The notes: generated from the letters alone by a model not told the origin. Positions 14,642 to 28,147 are shown, counted from the stretch's first letter. The stretch: DNA of 64,000 nt from Eledone cirrhosa (GCA_964016885.1 CAXHJY010000786.1:14653-78652), one strand, 5' to 3'. Made by a program: numbers and translations.

Positions 14642-15606
14642 TACTCGATCTAATCAAAATTATGGTTTTGGTTCAATGTTCTCTGTACTCTTTACTATCA
14701 TTTGTTGGGGTATAGTGAAGATTATTTGTGTTGATTGTGTTGTCATTTGTGTAACCAGCAAAATATACGTTTCCTGTATAATTTACCACCCATTAGTGTA
14801 TTTATGCTTGTGTACTAATCCCCAATACTACTACATCCGGCCTAATCTGTCTTGCACAGTACGGAGGATGTTATGAGAATACAAACATCTAATGGTTCAT
14901 TTCTTATGGATTCAAAATCATGTACCATATTATGATCGATCCCGACAAGTTCGTTGATACAGATTGAATTAAAATCGTTTGCAAGTTTAATGCGTACATG
15001 AGTATGACGGATTTGTCTTGTATTGACATTCGATATTATTGATTTGTTTTTACAATTACTTAATTCAACTTTCTTTGATTTGTTATTGCCATCGAACAAC
15101 CTAAACTCCACAGAGAATTAGAATATGTTGTCATTGATTCCTGGGTGTCTGATAGTAACATTAATATCATTAATGCTTTAAATGGGAATCACAAACCTAC
15201 TGTTTAGAAGATGTCTTTTAACTTTTCAGTTGATTATATAAATCTGTTTGTCGCAATTTTTGACAGAGGGATTTCCCCTGACGAATATGCTTCTGTCAAT
15301 ACAGACAATAGAAAATAGGTTAGACTAGATAATATTGCAAATATTTTATGCTTTCTCTCACATTATAACTTCAGATAACTGGCACTAACTGAAGTTCTAA
15401 TGTAATATTTGAGGTGGTTCTGTAGCCAATAAATACAGGAGAAAATGGTGAATTGTTAGAGAACCAACGACGAGGTAGAATCATTCATTAACAAAGCCGT
15501 AAGAAGTCGGTGCATCTACTGATGCTCTTAGGAAGTGTAGGGACTAGAGCCCAGATCTCACGAGATGCATCACATTCTGACAAACCAGATATTCAAGGAA
15601 CACCAA

Positions 15607-15880
15607 AAAAGTGGAAGAGGTGATACGAGAGATGGCTACCAACCACATAAGCAACTTCAGTGTCAGTGAGACACATTTAACGGGTCAAGGGTGAATAACC
15701 AGCGGAGATAACTTTCCTATATTCTGATGAGGAAACAACCGTCATACTGGAGGTGTTGTCATCATCTTCAGTGGTAAGGGAACACGAATACTGATCGGCT
15801 TGAAACCAGTAACAGATCGGACAAACACAGATAGCTGTAATAGCAGAGATGTGAAGGCAAGAACGGTTACAGCCACGACG
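15607..15880 (+). mobile_element. RTE LINE APE-endonuclease relic
   Basis: Broken translation KVEEVIREM..ISNFSVSETHLTGQG*ITSG/TFLYS/HTGGVVII..LIGLKPVTDR matches RTE endonuclease motifs (SE.RWTG.G, LYSG, H..GV, PV.DRII). Confidence 0.7.
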
Positions 15881-16143
15881 AAATCTGTAGAAGTGGAATA
15901 TAAGGGGACACTCTATAACCGCCAGTAGATTGTCCCTGGGTATGATCACAGATTGTAGTAAAATTAATTCATAGTGAGATACCCGTATATATATTATACA
16001 TAAACATAGATACGTTTTCATTCAATTATATATTCCTACTCCCTCCAACCATGTTTACCCAAAGCTTCTCCTACAGAAAGCGGAAGATGTCGTTAAACGC
16101 TTAAGATGGTGAGCCGTAGCTTTTCTGTACGATCTCATTTAAA

Positions 16144-16184
16144 CCGAGCTGATGATCCGACTAAGGTGAAACAATTGTTCTCGG
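16144..16184 (+). ncRNA. Type I hammerhead ribozyme (minimal)
   Basis: CCGAG-CTGATGA-TCCGACTAAGGT-GAAA-CAATTG-TT-CTCGG: stem I CCGAG/CTCGG (extends TCATTT/AAATGA), palindromic stem III, GUU site. Confidence 0.8.
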
Positions 16185-16222
16185 AAATGAATTAACTGTT
16201 GTGGAACTACTTATATATACAC

Positions 16223-16257
<35 letters not shown>

Positions 16258-16510
16258 TATACGTGTGTGTGTGTTTGAGGTTTTGAGTGTATGTGTGTGT
16301 GTGTGTCTATGTATCTGTTCATTTCTATAATCATATACATATATACGCTGCTGATGTATGTGTGTAGTCGTGCATACACATAAACTCATATATTCAACCG
16401 CATTCATAATAGTCTAAGCATCTCCTTCAAAATCCCCATAGAATCACATAAGTAGACTTTCGCAAAAACATACAAACACATACAGACTTCAAAATATATA
16501 AACGAATCAA

Positions 16511-16571
<61 letters not shown>

Positions 16572-17059
16572 ATATATGCATCTATTTGTCTGTCAATCCC
16601 TACATACATCTAAGAATTCGTTCAAATTTACAATCCTTATCTATAGTAATTATCTCTCGTTTCTATTTTGTCTCTACGATAATATTTTTTCTGTTTTAGT
16701 TTTCTAGTTTATTTAGTATATGTACGTAAGCCTTGAAGCCTTGATGTATCTACTTGTAAGGAAACATTTTCCTGATAGAATATTTATAGATGTATATGAA
16801 CTTGTGTTTGTCTATATTTATGCGTAAAATGACAGTAAATTTGAACGAAGAATGAGATATTTGTAATGGTCGAGAGATTGAAAGATACACATATGTATCT
16901 ATTTATGTATAGTTCTGTGTATAAGTGTGTTTTATATCTCTGTTTATACATATTTATACATATTTATACACACACTCTCTCTCTCCTTTTTTCTCTCTAT
17001 AACTCATTTTATTTCTGTCTCTCTCTCTCTCCTTTTTTCTCTCTATAACTCATTTTATT

Positions 17060-17188
<129 letters not shown>

Positions 17189-17959
17189 CCAACATTACAT
17201 ATCTATCTATCTATCTATCTATATATATATATATCCTACATTACACACATATATATATATACACATACAAACACACATCACACTCACACACGCACATATA
17301 TACATGTATAAACTTATGTATATATTTATGTATGTATCAACGTATGTATGTATGCATATATGTGCATATGTATGCATATGTGTGTATGTATGCATATATG
17401 TGTGTATGTATGCATATATGTGTGTATGTATGTATATATGTGTGTATGTATGTATGTGTCATTTATATTTAGCATCGAACCAAATGCATTTTGTCTTTTG
17501 GTCAGCCTCTTTTCCTTAACATCGTTGGTTCTAATAAAATATTGCTGAAGGGATTTAATCGACTTTTCTTCACACTAACCAAATTGGTTTTGTTTTGCGT
17601 AAATTAGGAGATATTTTTCTGTGAGTTTTGCATCAAGATTGCTGCACAAAATCAGATGTATGCACTCTATGGTAAAAGAACATTGCTTTCTAGTCAGGAG
17701 TACTGAAGCGTATGAACCAGAATGGCTTATAACTATCCCGAACCGCAATGTGAATCGTCAGAATAGACTTTTCGGGAGGCCGTTTAGGTTACAGTTGTAG
17801 GCAATTTCCCAAATCCCTTGTAAGAGTTATACTACAGGAAGAGAGCATTAATAGTTTATTACTATCTATACAAGCACAGATTTTTCTAGAACAAAAAGCT
17901 GTAGAAATCTCGTCAGATATGCGAGTTTATATGTGCAAAGACTTTGCACATATTAACTC

Positions 17960-18040
17960 GCATATCTGTCGAGGAAGAGTGGAGTCTCGTCATCTTGATT
18001 GTACCCTGAGCTGATCGATATCGAAACAATTGTAATATGT
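17960..18040 (+). ncRNA. Type I hammerhead-like motif, core mutated, overlapping a 65-bp palindrome (17909-17973)
   Basis: GCATAT-CTGTCGA..GAAA-CAATTG-TA-ATATGT; the inverted arm keeps CTGACGA. Confidence 0.55.
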
Positions 18041-18870
18041 CAATGAAGTTTGTACTTCTGCTGCAACACTTCGATTTCTCTCTCTCTCTGTATCTATATA
18101 TATATATGTATATGTATGTATGTATATGTATGTATAAACCAACAAAATAGAAAGAGAGAGGTGTTCGTGCCTTTGCAATACATAGCTGGTGAAGATGTCG
18201 GTCGCATGTGAAGTGGCGGTTATTGTGTTAGTTCTCTGCCCCTGATATCAGTTACTTCGGTTGAGCAATAATATCTGTCATTTAACACGACAGGGTATTA
18301 GTTGGATGTGAGCTACATTTAGTACCATGTTCTGTTAGAATTGTTTAATATTAATATGGAGTTCTATTTCATAATTTTGTTTGCTATTCTAATTTAATTG
18401 TTAAAACTTAATTTTTAGATTCATGGATTGTACAGTGAATTATTACTGGTTTTGGGCAATAATTTCTGGATTCTAGTGTTGGAGGCTGTTTATAATTAAA
18501 AATATCACAGCATTCTCCTTTAATTTGTTTATTTAAGAGCAAAATTTGTATTAAATGTTTATTCTAATTTTTTTGCTTTCTTTGCAAATTTCTGTAGTGG
18601 TTAGTCAACGTTTTCGTTAATTTTGTTATAATTTCATATATTCAATGATGGATTGTGAGCTGATGGAATGAGTGAGTTTTCTATGGTCGTCCACCATCCA
18701 GTATGATAGCCTCAATGTTAAGTTGTTGTTTAAATGAGTAGACCTTACAACTTTGTCATGTGTGTACCAGGGGGTGAAAGTCTTTGGCTCGTTTAAAGAG
18801 TCACATTCGTGCCACACAATTTTGAGCATTTTATCGGGCGATGGCAATGCTAGAACACGAGTTTGCAGCA

Positions 18871-19260
18871 TGTATGTACCTATCTATGTATGTACCTATC
18901 TATGTATGTACCTATCTATGTATGTACCTATCTATGTATGTACCTATCTATGTATGTACGTATCTATGTATGTACGTATCTATGTATGTACGTATCTATG
19001 TATGTACGTATCTATGTATGTACGTATCTATGTATGTACGTATCTATATATGTACGTATCTATATATGTACGTATCTATATATGTACGTATCTATATATG
19101 TACGTATCTATATATGTACGTATCTATATATGTACGTATCTATATATGTACGTATCTATATATGTACGTATCTATATATGTACGTATCTATATATGTACG
19201 TATCTATATATGTACGTATCTATATATGTACGTATCTATATATGTATGTACGTATCTATG
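18871..19260. repeat. 16-bp minisatellite (TATGTACGTATCTATA and variants)
   Basis: About 24 tandem units. Confidence 0.9.
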
Positions 19261-19277
19261 CATGTATGAAGATATAG

Positions 19278-19308
<31 letters not shown>

Positions 19309-20047
19309 CGCGTGTAAATCTTACCACCAGCACTATGAAGAAAGTTATAATCTCGGCAAGTAGTTAGTTTTAGACAGAATTAGCGGAGTGAGTGAGAGAA
19401 CGAATCTGTGTTGGTGAGTAAAGTAAGTGATTGACAAAATGTTAGTGCGAAGTTGAAATATCAGAAAGATAGAGAAGATCTCTCATTCGGTTAATGGAAT
19501 TGCTTTTGAAAAGAAGCGGAAAACATCCGTTGACTTTGGATGGTTCTCAATTGTATGCGTTTTATGGAGAGCACAAAAGATCAAAGACTGAATGAAACAT
19601 TTGAAACTGTGAAACTAGACTAGAAGCGAGTATATAGTTGGCAAGCAGTTGAAATAATTTAGATACTTGTTATACAGAGATACAGACAGATAGATAGATG
19701 GCTGCAGAAATTGGTTGGTCGATACTTATCGTTAAATATGTCTATATTTCTATAGATATATAAACAAATATACCCACATCTATATACATCTCTCTCTCTC
19801 TGCCACTCTCTCTCTCTCGCTCTCTCCGATCCCCCTCCCTCTCTCCCCCTCTCCCTCCCCCCTCTTTCTCTCTCTCTCTCCTTATATATATATATATACA
19901 GAGAGGGAGAGAGAGAGAGTTGCACAACAAATTAGCGAACAATACTCGAGGACGCGCATTTCACCTAGCGGATTTTCAACCCGTTCCATGTATATACATA
20001 TATATATTACACGCACATAGCTCTTTTTTGTATTTGTTTTGCACAGT

Positions 20048-20103
<56 letters not shown>

Positions 20104-20325
20104 GTATATACAACGAGAAAAAGAGAGAGAGGTGGGTATATAGAAAGACATAGATCTATATGAAACAAACAGATAACAATGGTGTATATAGACGCTTAGT
20201 CATACATTTAGATATATTGATATATAGAATGTCAGACTGACAGACAGATAGCTGTATAGAGAGAATGGACCGGTTTTTCATTGATTGATTGATTTTCCAG
20301 TAGATACTTAATATACAATTACTTC

Positions 20326-20359
<34 letters not shown>

Positions 20360-20730
20360 TAGATATAGAAAGAATGGTGACGTAATTGAAACAGACTTAT
20401 AGTATTTTATCGATTTGAGGTTCGTCAGTTTAATTGTGTGTATGTCAGAATACGAAGATGTATTTCTCGAAAAATGATTCTTTTAGTTTTTGGCAACTTT
20501 ACATGCTTCAACAGTGACATGTTTAATATGTAAAAATGCTGTTAAATAAAAAACAAAAGATAGCCTGCAGTAGTATTATCAATGCTAATGAGCTAAAGAT
20601 ATTTATAACAGAAAACGGAAACGTCTGTTTCTAATGTTGTATTTTCGGACACGTAACTACTGGATTGGAACACATATGGATGAAACCGGGAAGAAATATG
20701 AACTATACAGTTCATTCTAGCCATTGGTAT

Positions 20731-20995
20731 TATAATGGTTTCAGAGGCAGGCGTAGGCCAGCAATTTTTGGGGAAGGGAAAGTCGATTAAATCGAACTCC
20801 GTGCATTACTAGTACTTTATTTTATCGACCTCGTAAGGATGAAAGGCAAAGTTAACCTCGGCATGATTTGGACTCAGAACGTAAAAGGTTTGTAACTTTC
20901 TCGCGAAGCATGGTATACGACGCTCTCTACCGAAAGGGACGTAACTTTGTTGCGAAGCATGATGTCCGACGTTCTATCGTTTCTGCCAATCCACC
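20731..20995 (-). mobile_element. SINE family 1, long form with duplicated head segment
   Basis: Reverse-complement consensus; GTAACTTT..GCGAAGCATG..CGACG occurs twice. Confidence 0.8.
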
Positions 20996-22114
20996 GGTAA
21001 GATTATGCTGGTAGTGTAATCTGTGAATTTATGTTTTGTGTTTGTTTCTTTTATTGAAACCTTCGTTATATTTGAGACAGAGTTGTGACTTTCGAAAGTG
21101 ACTTGTGGTATCTGGTGCCTCTTTTATCTATGAATAACGGATTTTGATAAATGTAGATGTATCATTGTTTCAGTTACATTTGGGTCTTTGAGGACGTTTA
21201 CCAATGAAGTATCTTACTGTTCATTTTATGCATCCGTTGTATTATTGACATCATCAGCTATACAAACTAGATTAGTTTTTCGCCCCAAACTTTAATATGT
21301 TGACAGGATGTTGGCTTCTCTGTTAAAAATGTATTTACGAAATATATATATATATATATATTCTTTTACCAAAGACAGGAGTACGAAAAATTATTTATTC
21401 TTTCTTTCGTCCGAAGAATTGGCCTCCCTGCAATATAAAATAATATATATATTCTTTAACTTTATTAAATGGTTTTCATCGACACGGTTCCCTACATGAA
21501 TAAAACCTAAGTATGTGTATACTGGGGTTTCAATATATTTTCCTTAGAATGCCGATTGTAGATTTAACGTTTTTAGATTATTCACCGATTTCGTTTATAC
21601 CATTTCTATAGATGATGAATTCTAGTATATATCTCAAAGGAAAGAATTCTTAGAATCATTTTTAAGGAATAGGTTCTGACAAAAATTTTGACATAGAAGA
21701 AAAATATCAAACACAGCACTTGAAGCAACAGAAACAAACAAGCTTTTATATTCTTGATACCGTCATGAAAAACTTGTATTAATCTAAGGAGAACCCATAC
21801 AAGTCAATAGGATACAGGCGATACATTTATGGTAATCCTTTCAAGAACTCAGTTCTGTATTGCGAATCCTATGAAATGCGTTAGAAAGCTAAAATGTTAT
21901 TAAAGTTACTGTTTTCTTTATCAAGAAAAAATATGGCGTCTTCCTTCTAAAAATGTCGCCGTAAAATAACATTTATTGATATTATAACAAAAAAGTAAAT
22001 GAGAAGCTACACTAGTTACCGAAGGTGTATGTTTAAGCATTTACTTTTCTGTATCAATATAAAGATACGTCTGCATATATAATATGTCCTTAAATATTGT
22101 GCACAAATATACAA

Positions 22115-22293
22115 AATAATTGTTTCTACTTTTGGCACAAGGCCAGCAATTACTCAGTACATTACTGGTACTTTATTTATCGACTCCGTGAGGTCGAAAG
22201 GCAAAGTTAACCTCGGCGGTATTTAAACTCAGACCGTAAAGGGACATAACTATTCTGGAAAGCACCGCCAATCCACCGCCAATCCACCGCCCT
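22115..22293 (-). mobile_element. SINE family 1, short form
   Basis: Reverse-complement consensus with partly deleted head and CCGCCAATCCA duplication. Confidence 0.8.
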
Positions 22294-22802
22294 TATATTA
22301 ATACATAATAATGTATGCGTTTGTGTTTAGGGTTTGTGTGTGTTCAGAAACTTCATTTTCATTTAAACAAACCATATAATCATGTAAAATCGATATTTTG
22401 TCCAGTTTCATGTCTGTGTAGGTATTAGACTACATACAAATCACTCATATAAATCTCGAGGCAATCAAAATTAGCTCAATAGCTCACAATATCCACAACG
22501 TGGTGGATGGAGGGATTACAGTTGTAATCAGATAATTAGCTAGTAATTTATGTTTTCTAACCCAATGTGCAAAGCAGTTGGACTGAACACACAACCACGT
22601 GGTTTCGACGTGAATATTTTAATTACGCGGCCATGCTTGCTCTTAGAAGTTATCTGTTTCATATTATTTCATATTTTTTAATATATATTTTTAATAAACT
22701 ACATCACTATCCAGATTAAATGTGTTCGATATTTCTGGAATAGATCATATAGGGATATAGTGCTGTGCAGCGTATACTTAACAAACCTATTATATATATA
22801 TG

Positions 22803-22855
<53 letters not shown>

Positions 22856-22862
22856 GTATATA

Positions 22863-22905
<43 letters not shown>

Positions 22906-23085
22906 ATATATATATGTATATATCACTATATTTGTTTCTAAATTCAAACACCATTGTAACCAGATTTCCCTTGAAGATCAATGGAGCGGATACAAATAGT
23001 ACAGTTCACTTCATTGGATCAATATCTTTATTGTTGCCAATGTGTGCGTATCAGTATAAGCGTATATTTATGTGTGAAGGTATAT

Positions 23086-23123
<38 letters not shown>

Positions 23124-23769
23124 TAGCGTATATTTACGTGTGGAAGCATATATGTGTGTGTGTGTGTGTCAGTATAGCGTATATTTATGTGTGCGTGTAT
23201 GTGTGTGTGAATGTATACTGACAGATTTTCCTATCAGCTTGTCTTGGTTAATGAGTGTTCTGTGCATGTAACGTCATGCTGGCAAGTGTACGATGTAATT
23301 ACTCTATAATCACCCATTTTTATACAACGGCAAGGGTTTATTTTGAGGATTATATCCCTGTTTCTTCTAGAACATCCGACTACCACATAGATACATTCTC
23401 TAGATTCAAGTAAGTATTATATTGCGTGCGGTAGCCTGCTGTGTGTAGTATTCAAGTCTGTTTACATGTTGCATTGGTCACGTGGAATATCACGAGAGCA
23501 GAATGACGAGAGTTCCGGTAGTACGGCTGCCACGATAGTGTACAATACGGTGTAATATTTTATATCTATATCAAGATTTTTTGATTGCAATTAAGAGGAC
23601 ATTCTCTTTATCTGCATGGGGCATCATTCGAAAGTTGCTGACACCGACACCATGGATACTAGAACTGTATGGCAACTATTCAAACTACAGTCCTTACATA
23701 CTTTCCTTTCAGAATAATCTGATATATGTATCGAAATTAATTCTAATCTTCTCACTCATCCCACCTTCC

Positions 23770-25488
23770 CCACTCTCCACTCCACACTCTCCACTCCACA
23801 CTCTCCACTCCACACACTCCACTCCACACTCTCCACTCCACACACTCCACTCCACACTCTCCCCTCCACACACTCCACTCCACACTCTCCACTCCACACT
23901 CACCACACACACTCTCCACTCCACACTCTCCCTCCACACACTCCACTCCACACTCTCCACTCCACACTCTCCACTCCACACTCTCCACTCCACACTCTCC
24001 CCTCCACACACTCCCCTCACACACTCCACTCCACACTCTCCACTCCACACTCTCCACTCCACACTCTCCACTCCACACTCTCCCCTCCACACTCTCCACT
24101 CCACACTCTCCACTCCACACTCTCCCCTCCACACACTCCCCTCCACACACTCCACTCCACACTCTCCACTCCACACTCTCCACTCCACACTCTCCACTCC
24201 ACACTCTCCACTCCACACTCTCCACTCCACACACTCCACTCCACACTCTCCACTCCACACTCTCCACTCCACACTCTCCACTCCACACTCTCCACTCCAC
24301 ACTCTCCCCTCCACACACTCCACTCCACACTCTCCCCTCCACACTCTCCACTCCACACTCTCCACTCCACACTCTCCCCTCCACACACTCCCCTCCACAC
24401 ACTCCACTCCACACTCTCCCTCCACACACTCCACTCCACACTCTCCACTCCACACTCTCCACTCCACACTCTCCACTCCACACTCTCCACTCCACACTCT
24501 CCACTCCACACTCTCCCCTCCACACTCTCCACTCCACACTCTCCCCTCCACACTCTCCACTCCACACTCTCCACTCCACACTCTCCCCTCCACACACTCC
24601 ACTCCACACTCTCCACTCCACACTCTCCACTCCACACTCTCCACTCCACACTCTCCACTCCACACTCTCCACTCCACACTCTCCACTCCACACTCTCCAC
24701 TCCACACACTCCACTCCACACTCTCCACTCCACACTCTCCACTCCACACTCTCCACTCACACTCTCCACTCCACACTCTCCACTCCACACTCTCCACTCC
24801 ACACTCTCCACTCCACACTCTCCCCTCCACACACTCCACTCCACACTCTCCACTCCACACTCTCCCCTCCACACTCTCCACTCCACACTCTCCCCTCCAC
24901 ACTCTCCACTCCACACTCTCCACTCCACACTCTCCCCTCCACAACTCCCCTCCACACACTCCACTCCACACTCTCCCCTCCACACACTCCACTCCACACT
25001 CTCCACTCCACACTCTCCACTCCACACTCTCCACTCCACACTCTCCACTCCACACTCTCCCCTCCACACACTCCACTCCACACTCTCCCCTCCACACACT
25101 CCCTCCACACACTCCACTCCACACTCTCCACTCCACACTCTCCACTCCACACCCTACACTCTCCACACCCTACACTCTCCACTCCACACTCTCCACTCCA
25201 CACTCTCCACTCCACACTCTCCCCTCCACACTCTCCACTCCACACTCTCCCTCCACACTCTCCACTCCACACTCTCCCCTCCACACTCTCCATTCCACAC
25301 CCTACACTCTCCATTCCCCTCTCTCCACTCCCCTCTCTCCACTCCCCTCTCTCCACTCCCCTCTCTCCATTCCCCTCTCTCCACTCCCCTCTCTCCACTC
25401 CCCTCTCTCCACTCCCCTCTCTCCACTCCCTCTCTCCACTCCCCTCTCTCCACTCCCCTCTCTCCACTCCCCTCACTCTCACACTCTC
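23770..25488. repeat. ~1.7-kb 14-bp minisatellite (CCACTCCACACTCT)n, grading into (CCACTCCCCTCTCT)n
   Basis: Direct reading; the + strand has no G. Confidence 0.95.
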
Positions 25489-25522
25489 TGTATTTCCGTC
25501 TCTCCCTTTCATCTTCTCTGTA

Positions 25523-25688
25523 TACGAAGGTTGGCTGAGAAGTTCCTAGGCTGACTATGAAGGAGTGAGGCTAGGATCTTGCAAGGGTTAAAGCCAACCC
25601 CTTCTCTGAATTGATATCTGCATTGTTTCGTTCCATTTGGTCATTCCTAGAGGGTATCTTGGTCAACTTATGAACATTTCAACCGACC

Positions 25689-25694
<6 letters not shown>
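25523..25694. mobile_element. Tc1/mariner-type MITE
   Basis: Left TIR TACGAAGGTTGGCTGAGAAGTTCCTAGGCTGAC vs reverse complement of right end TATGAGGGTCGGTTGAAATGTTCATAAGTTGAC; TA at both termini. Confidence 0.75.
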
Positions 25695-25723
<29 letters not shown>

Positions 25724-25725
25724 AT

Positions 25726-26114
25726 CTAAGGCGGGTAAAATTCCCGAGATCCATGGACGAGTTCTCTCCAGCGGTCTCTGTCCCTCATTATCGCTGCCAT
25801 ATCCTGCATCTCCAACAGACCAGTGTCTGTCCTTAGGGCATCAACATATGTTAACCTTGGTCTTCCTCTTCTAGTGTGTCCATGTAGGGGCTCCCAAAGG
25901 AGCACTGAGTGCAATGTCAACTCTGGATGTCGGTGAGCATGTCCAGCCAACCTCAGTCTCCTTTGTGTCACTTTTGAGCTGACTTTTGGGATGCTCCCAT
26001 ACAGCTCTGAGTTTTTCTTCCTCAGTGTATACTGATTAATGTTCAGAGCCATCCTCAGCATTCTCGTGTAGCACCCATCCACCATCTGAGTGAGTCTCTT
26101 GGTCAGTGTCCAAG
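25726..26114 (-). mobile_element. 5'-truncated RTE LINE, open C-terminal ORF
   Basis: ORF TWTLTK..DGCYTRMLR..RRLRLAGH..LLWEP..RRGRP..Y.D..DRDRW is a typical RTE post-RT region; followed by (TA)n. Confidence 0.9.
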
Positions 26115-26186
26115 TCAACAGCGATATCTGTTTTCGTGAAACCTCTGGTAAATGGAATAATTGTCTTATGTTGTTTATTACATAAT

Positions 26187-26236
<50 letters not shown>

Positions 26237-26318
26237 AAGTTTATTTAAATTGTTGGGTTACAACGAGTAAATATTTATAACTGATATAAAAGCACTCAAC
26301 AAGTATTTGGAGTATATT

Positions 26319-26668
26319 TACGATATTAAATAAATGGAAACTATATTTATAAAACCATATTTATTTCATTATATATATTTCAGGGATATCATATTAAAAA
26401 TATGGTATGCCTTCATCAGACAAAATACAATATAAACAGTCTTATAAATAGTTAGATTTGACATACCTTACAACTTCAACTTCCATTTAAAACTTTTTAA
26501 ATGGAAGTTGAAGTTGTAAGGTATGTCAAATCTATCTATTTATAAGACTGTTTATATTGTATTTTGTCTGATGAAGGCATACCATATTTTTAATATGATA
26601 TCCCTGAAATATATATAATGAAATAAATATGGTTTTATAAATATAGTTTCCATTTATTTAATATCGTA
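26319..26668. repeat. Near-perfect palindrome, 174-bp arms, 2-nt spacer
   Basis: Arms 26319-26492 and 26495-26668 are reverse complements with one mismatch seen. Confidence 0.95.
26560..26625 (+). ncRNA. Type I hammerhead ribozyme (mirror copy on minus strand at 26362-26427)
   Basis: TATTTTGT-CTGATGA-AGG..CATAT/ATATG..CCT-GAAA-TATATA-TA-ATGAAATA; 8-bp stem I with two G-U pairs. Confidence 0.75.
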
Positions 26669-27734
26669 TATATATATATATATTTAATTATGTAATAAAC
26701 AACATAAGACAATTATTCCATTTACCAGAGGTTTCACGAAGACAGATATCGCTGTTGAGCTCGTCTGTCTTCGCGAAACCTCTGGTAAATGAAATAATTG
26801 TTTTATGTTGTTTATTACATAATTAAATAGCTCTGTAGCTATTTAATACATAGAGCACTCTCCTTTCCTTTACCCTTCCTAAGGAAATACTCATATATAT
26901 ATACATACAAGGGTGTATTGCCAATGGGTGTCGGAAATGACCACAGTTAAAGTTACTTAATATATCGGTAGAGTGAAAGCATCTCTAATATCTATAACAC
27001 GTTTTTATTGCTAATGTAGTGAGATTTCTTTTCTTTTCTTATCACTCTATCTATCTTACTATCTGGAAGATATCAATTGTCTTCGGATGTAGAAAACAAA
27101 CGTTGCCAGATCTGGAGTGATATGCATGGCCAAGACTTGCCGCATATCACGATGGAATTTCTGCTAATATAAACTCAGTTGAGAGTCTTAGACAAGACAA
27201 GATATCTGAAAGATATACAACTAAATAATTAGCCTCTACAACATTTCCTCACTTCATTTAAAGATTATTTTTCAGCTACTCGGCAAACAACAGAGTTAAT
27301 ATTGTACCATCAACATAATTGTTTTCTGTTTTGTTTTTGTGAAAGCTTTCAATGAACAATCTCTTCTAATATGTAGTTTAATTGGAATTATTATTGAGCT
27401 GTCTTCACCATATAATACAGCCATTATAACCACATTCTCATTCTAGAATTTAACCTCTTGTATATAGCATAATTATAAAAAGGAGACACCAGTTATAGAA
27501 CCACACACATTTAGAGACGACTTATAAAGTATTATGCTTTGATATTTCTGCTGTTGTTGCTGCTGTTCGACATCAACATGCCCTTTACCATCAATTAATT
27601 CTAATTTTTATCTTCACATTAGATTAAACTATTTGTGCATCCGTCATTGCTTCCGTCTCTAAATCAAAATTTCTCCAATTTCTATATCAATATATCCCGC
27701 AGTTTACTTCACTCTTTTGCACTTTATCTTAATA

Positions 27735-27835
27735 TTGATTTCTAAATTCACGCACAATACCAGAAAATGTGTGGGAAGGGCAAAGTTGACAAAATCAACT
27801 GCTGTATTTGATTGGTACTTTATTTATCGACCCCG
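27735..27835 (-). mobile_element. SINE family 1, diverged 3' fragment
   Basis: TGGTACTTTATTTATCGACCCC core. Confidence 0.6.
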
Positions 27836-28147
27836 TTTATTCATGATTCAACGCAGATGCGAGATTCTTATATGAACTATTCAACTACCGATTCCACGTG
27901 CCACACAAATCTATATGGTCCCATCCCCTTTAGGTTATATTAAATATAGACACATTAGAAGGATTAAGTAATTGTGGCCTGATGATGTTCAACCTCTCAG
28001 TACTTGGAGAGTGGAGGGATGTAAACAATTAACTTTATTTAATTGAGAAACTGTATATCGTGTGGTGTTTTTTCCGGCTGGTTTAGATTTGTCCTGTTTA
28101 TTTCTTGGGTAAGGTTGCTTAATGAAAAACTACACATATACACACAC

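Larger units (their letters stand above)
26115..26880. mobile_element. Three arms (+,-,+) of a pLTR-like element (family B-related) around the inner palindrome
   Basis: 26115-~26195 inverts to ~26675-26758, which inverts again to 26766-26829; all carry GAAACCTCTGGTAAATG (hammerhead 3' half). Confidence 0.6.

Noticed and set aside
15724-15745. CTGATGAGGAAAC hammerhead-like core
   Set aside because: No stem II; lies within the RTE endonuclease relic
23581-25554. 657-aa His/Pro/Ser/Thr ORF and antisense ORFs
   Set aside because: Product of a 14-bp satellite with irregular indels; open in multiple frames
27973-28070. CTGATGA...GAAACTGTATATCGT
   Set aside because: Stem I cannot be paired and the cleavage triplet is invalid; at best a heavily decayed copy
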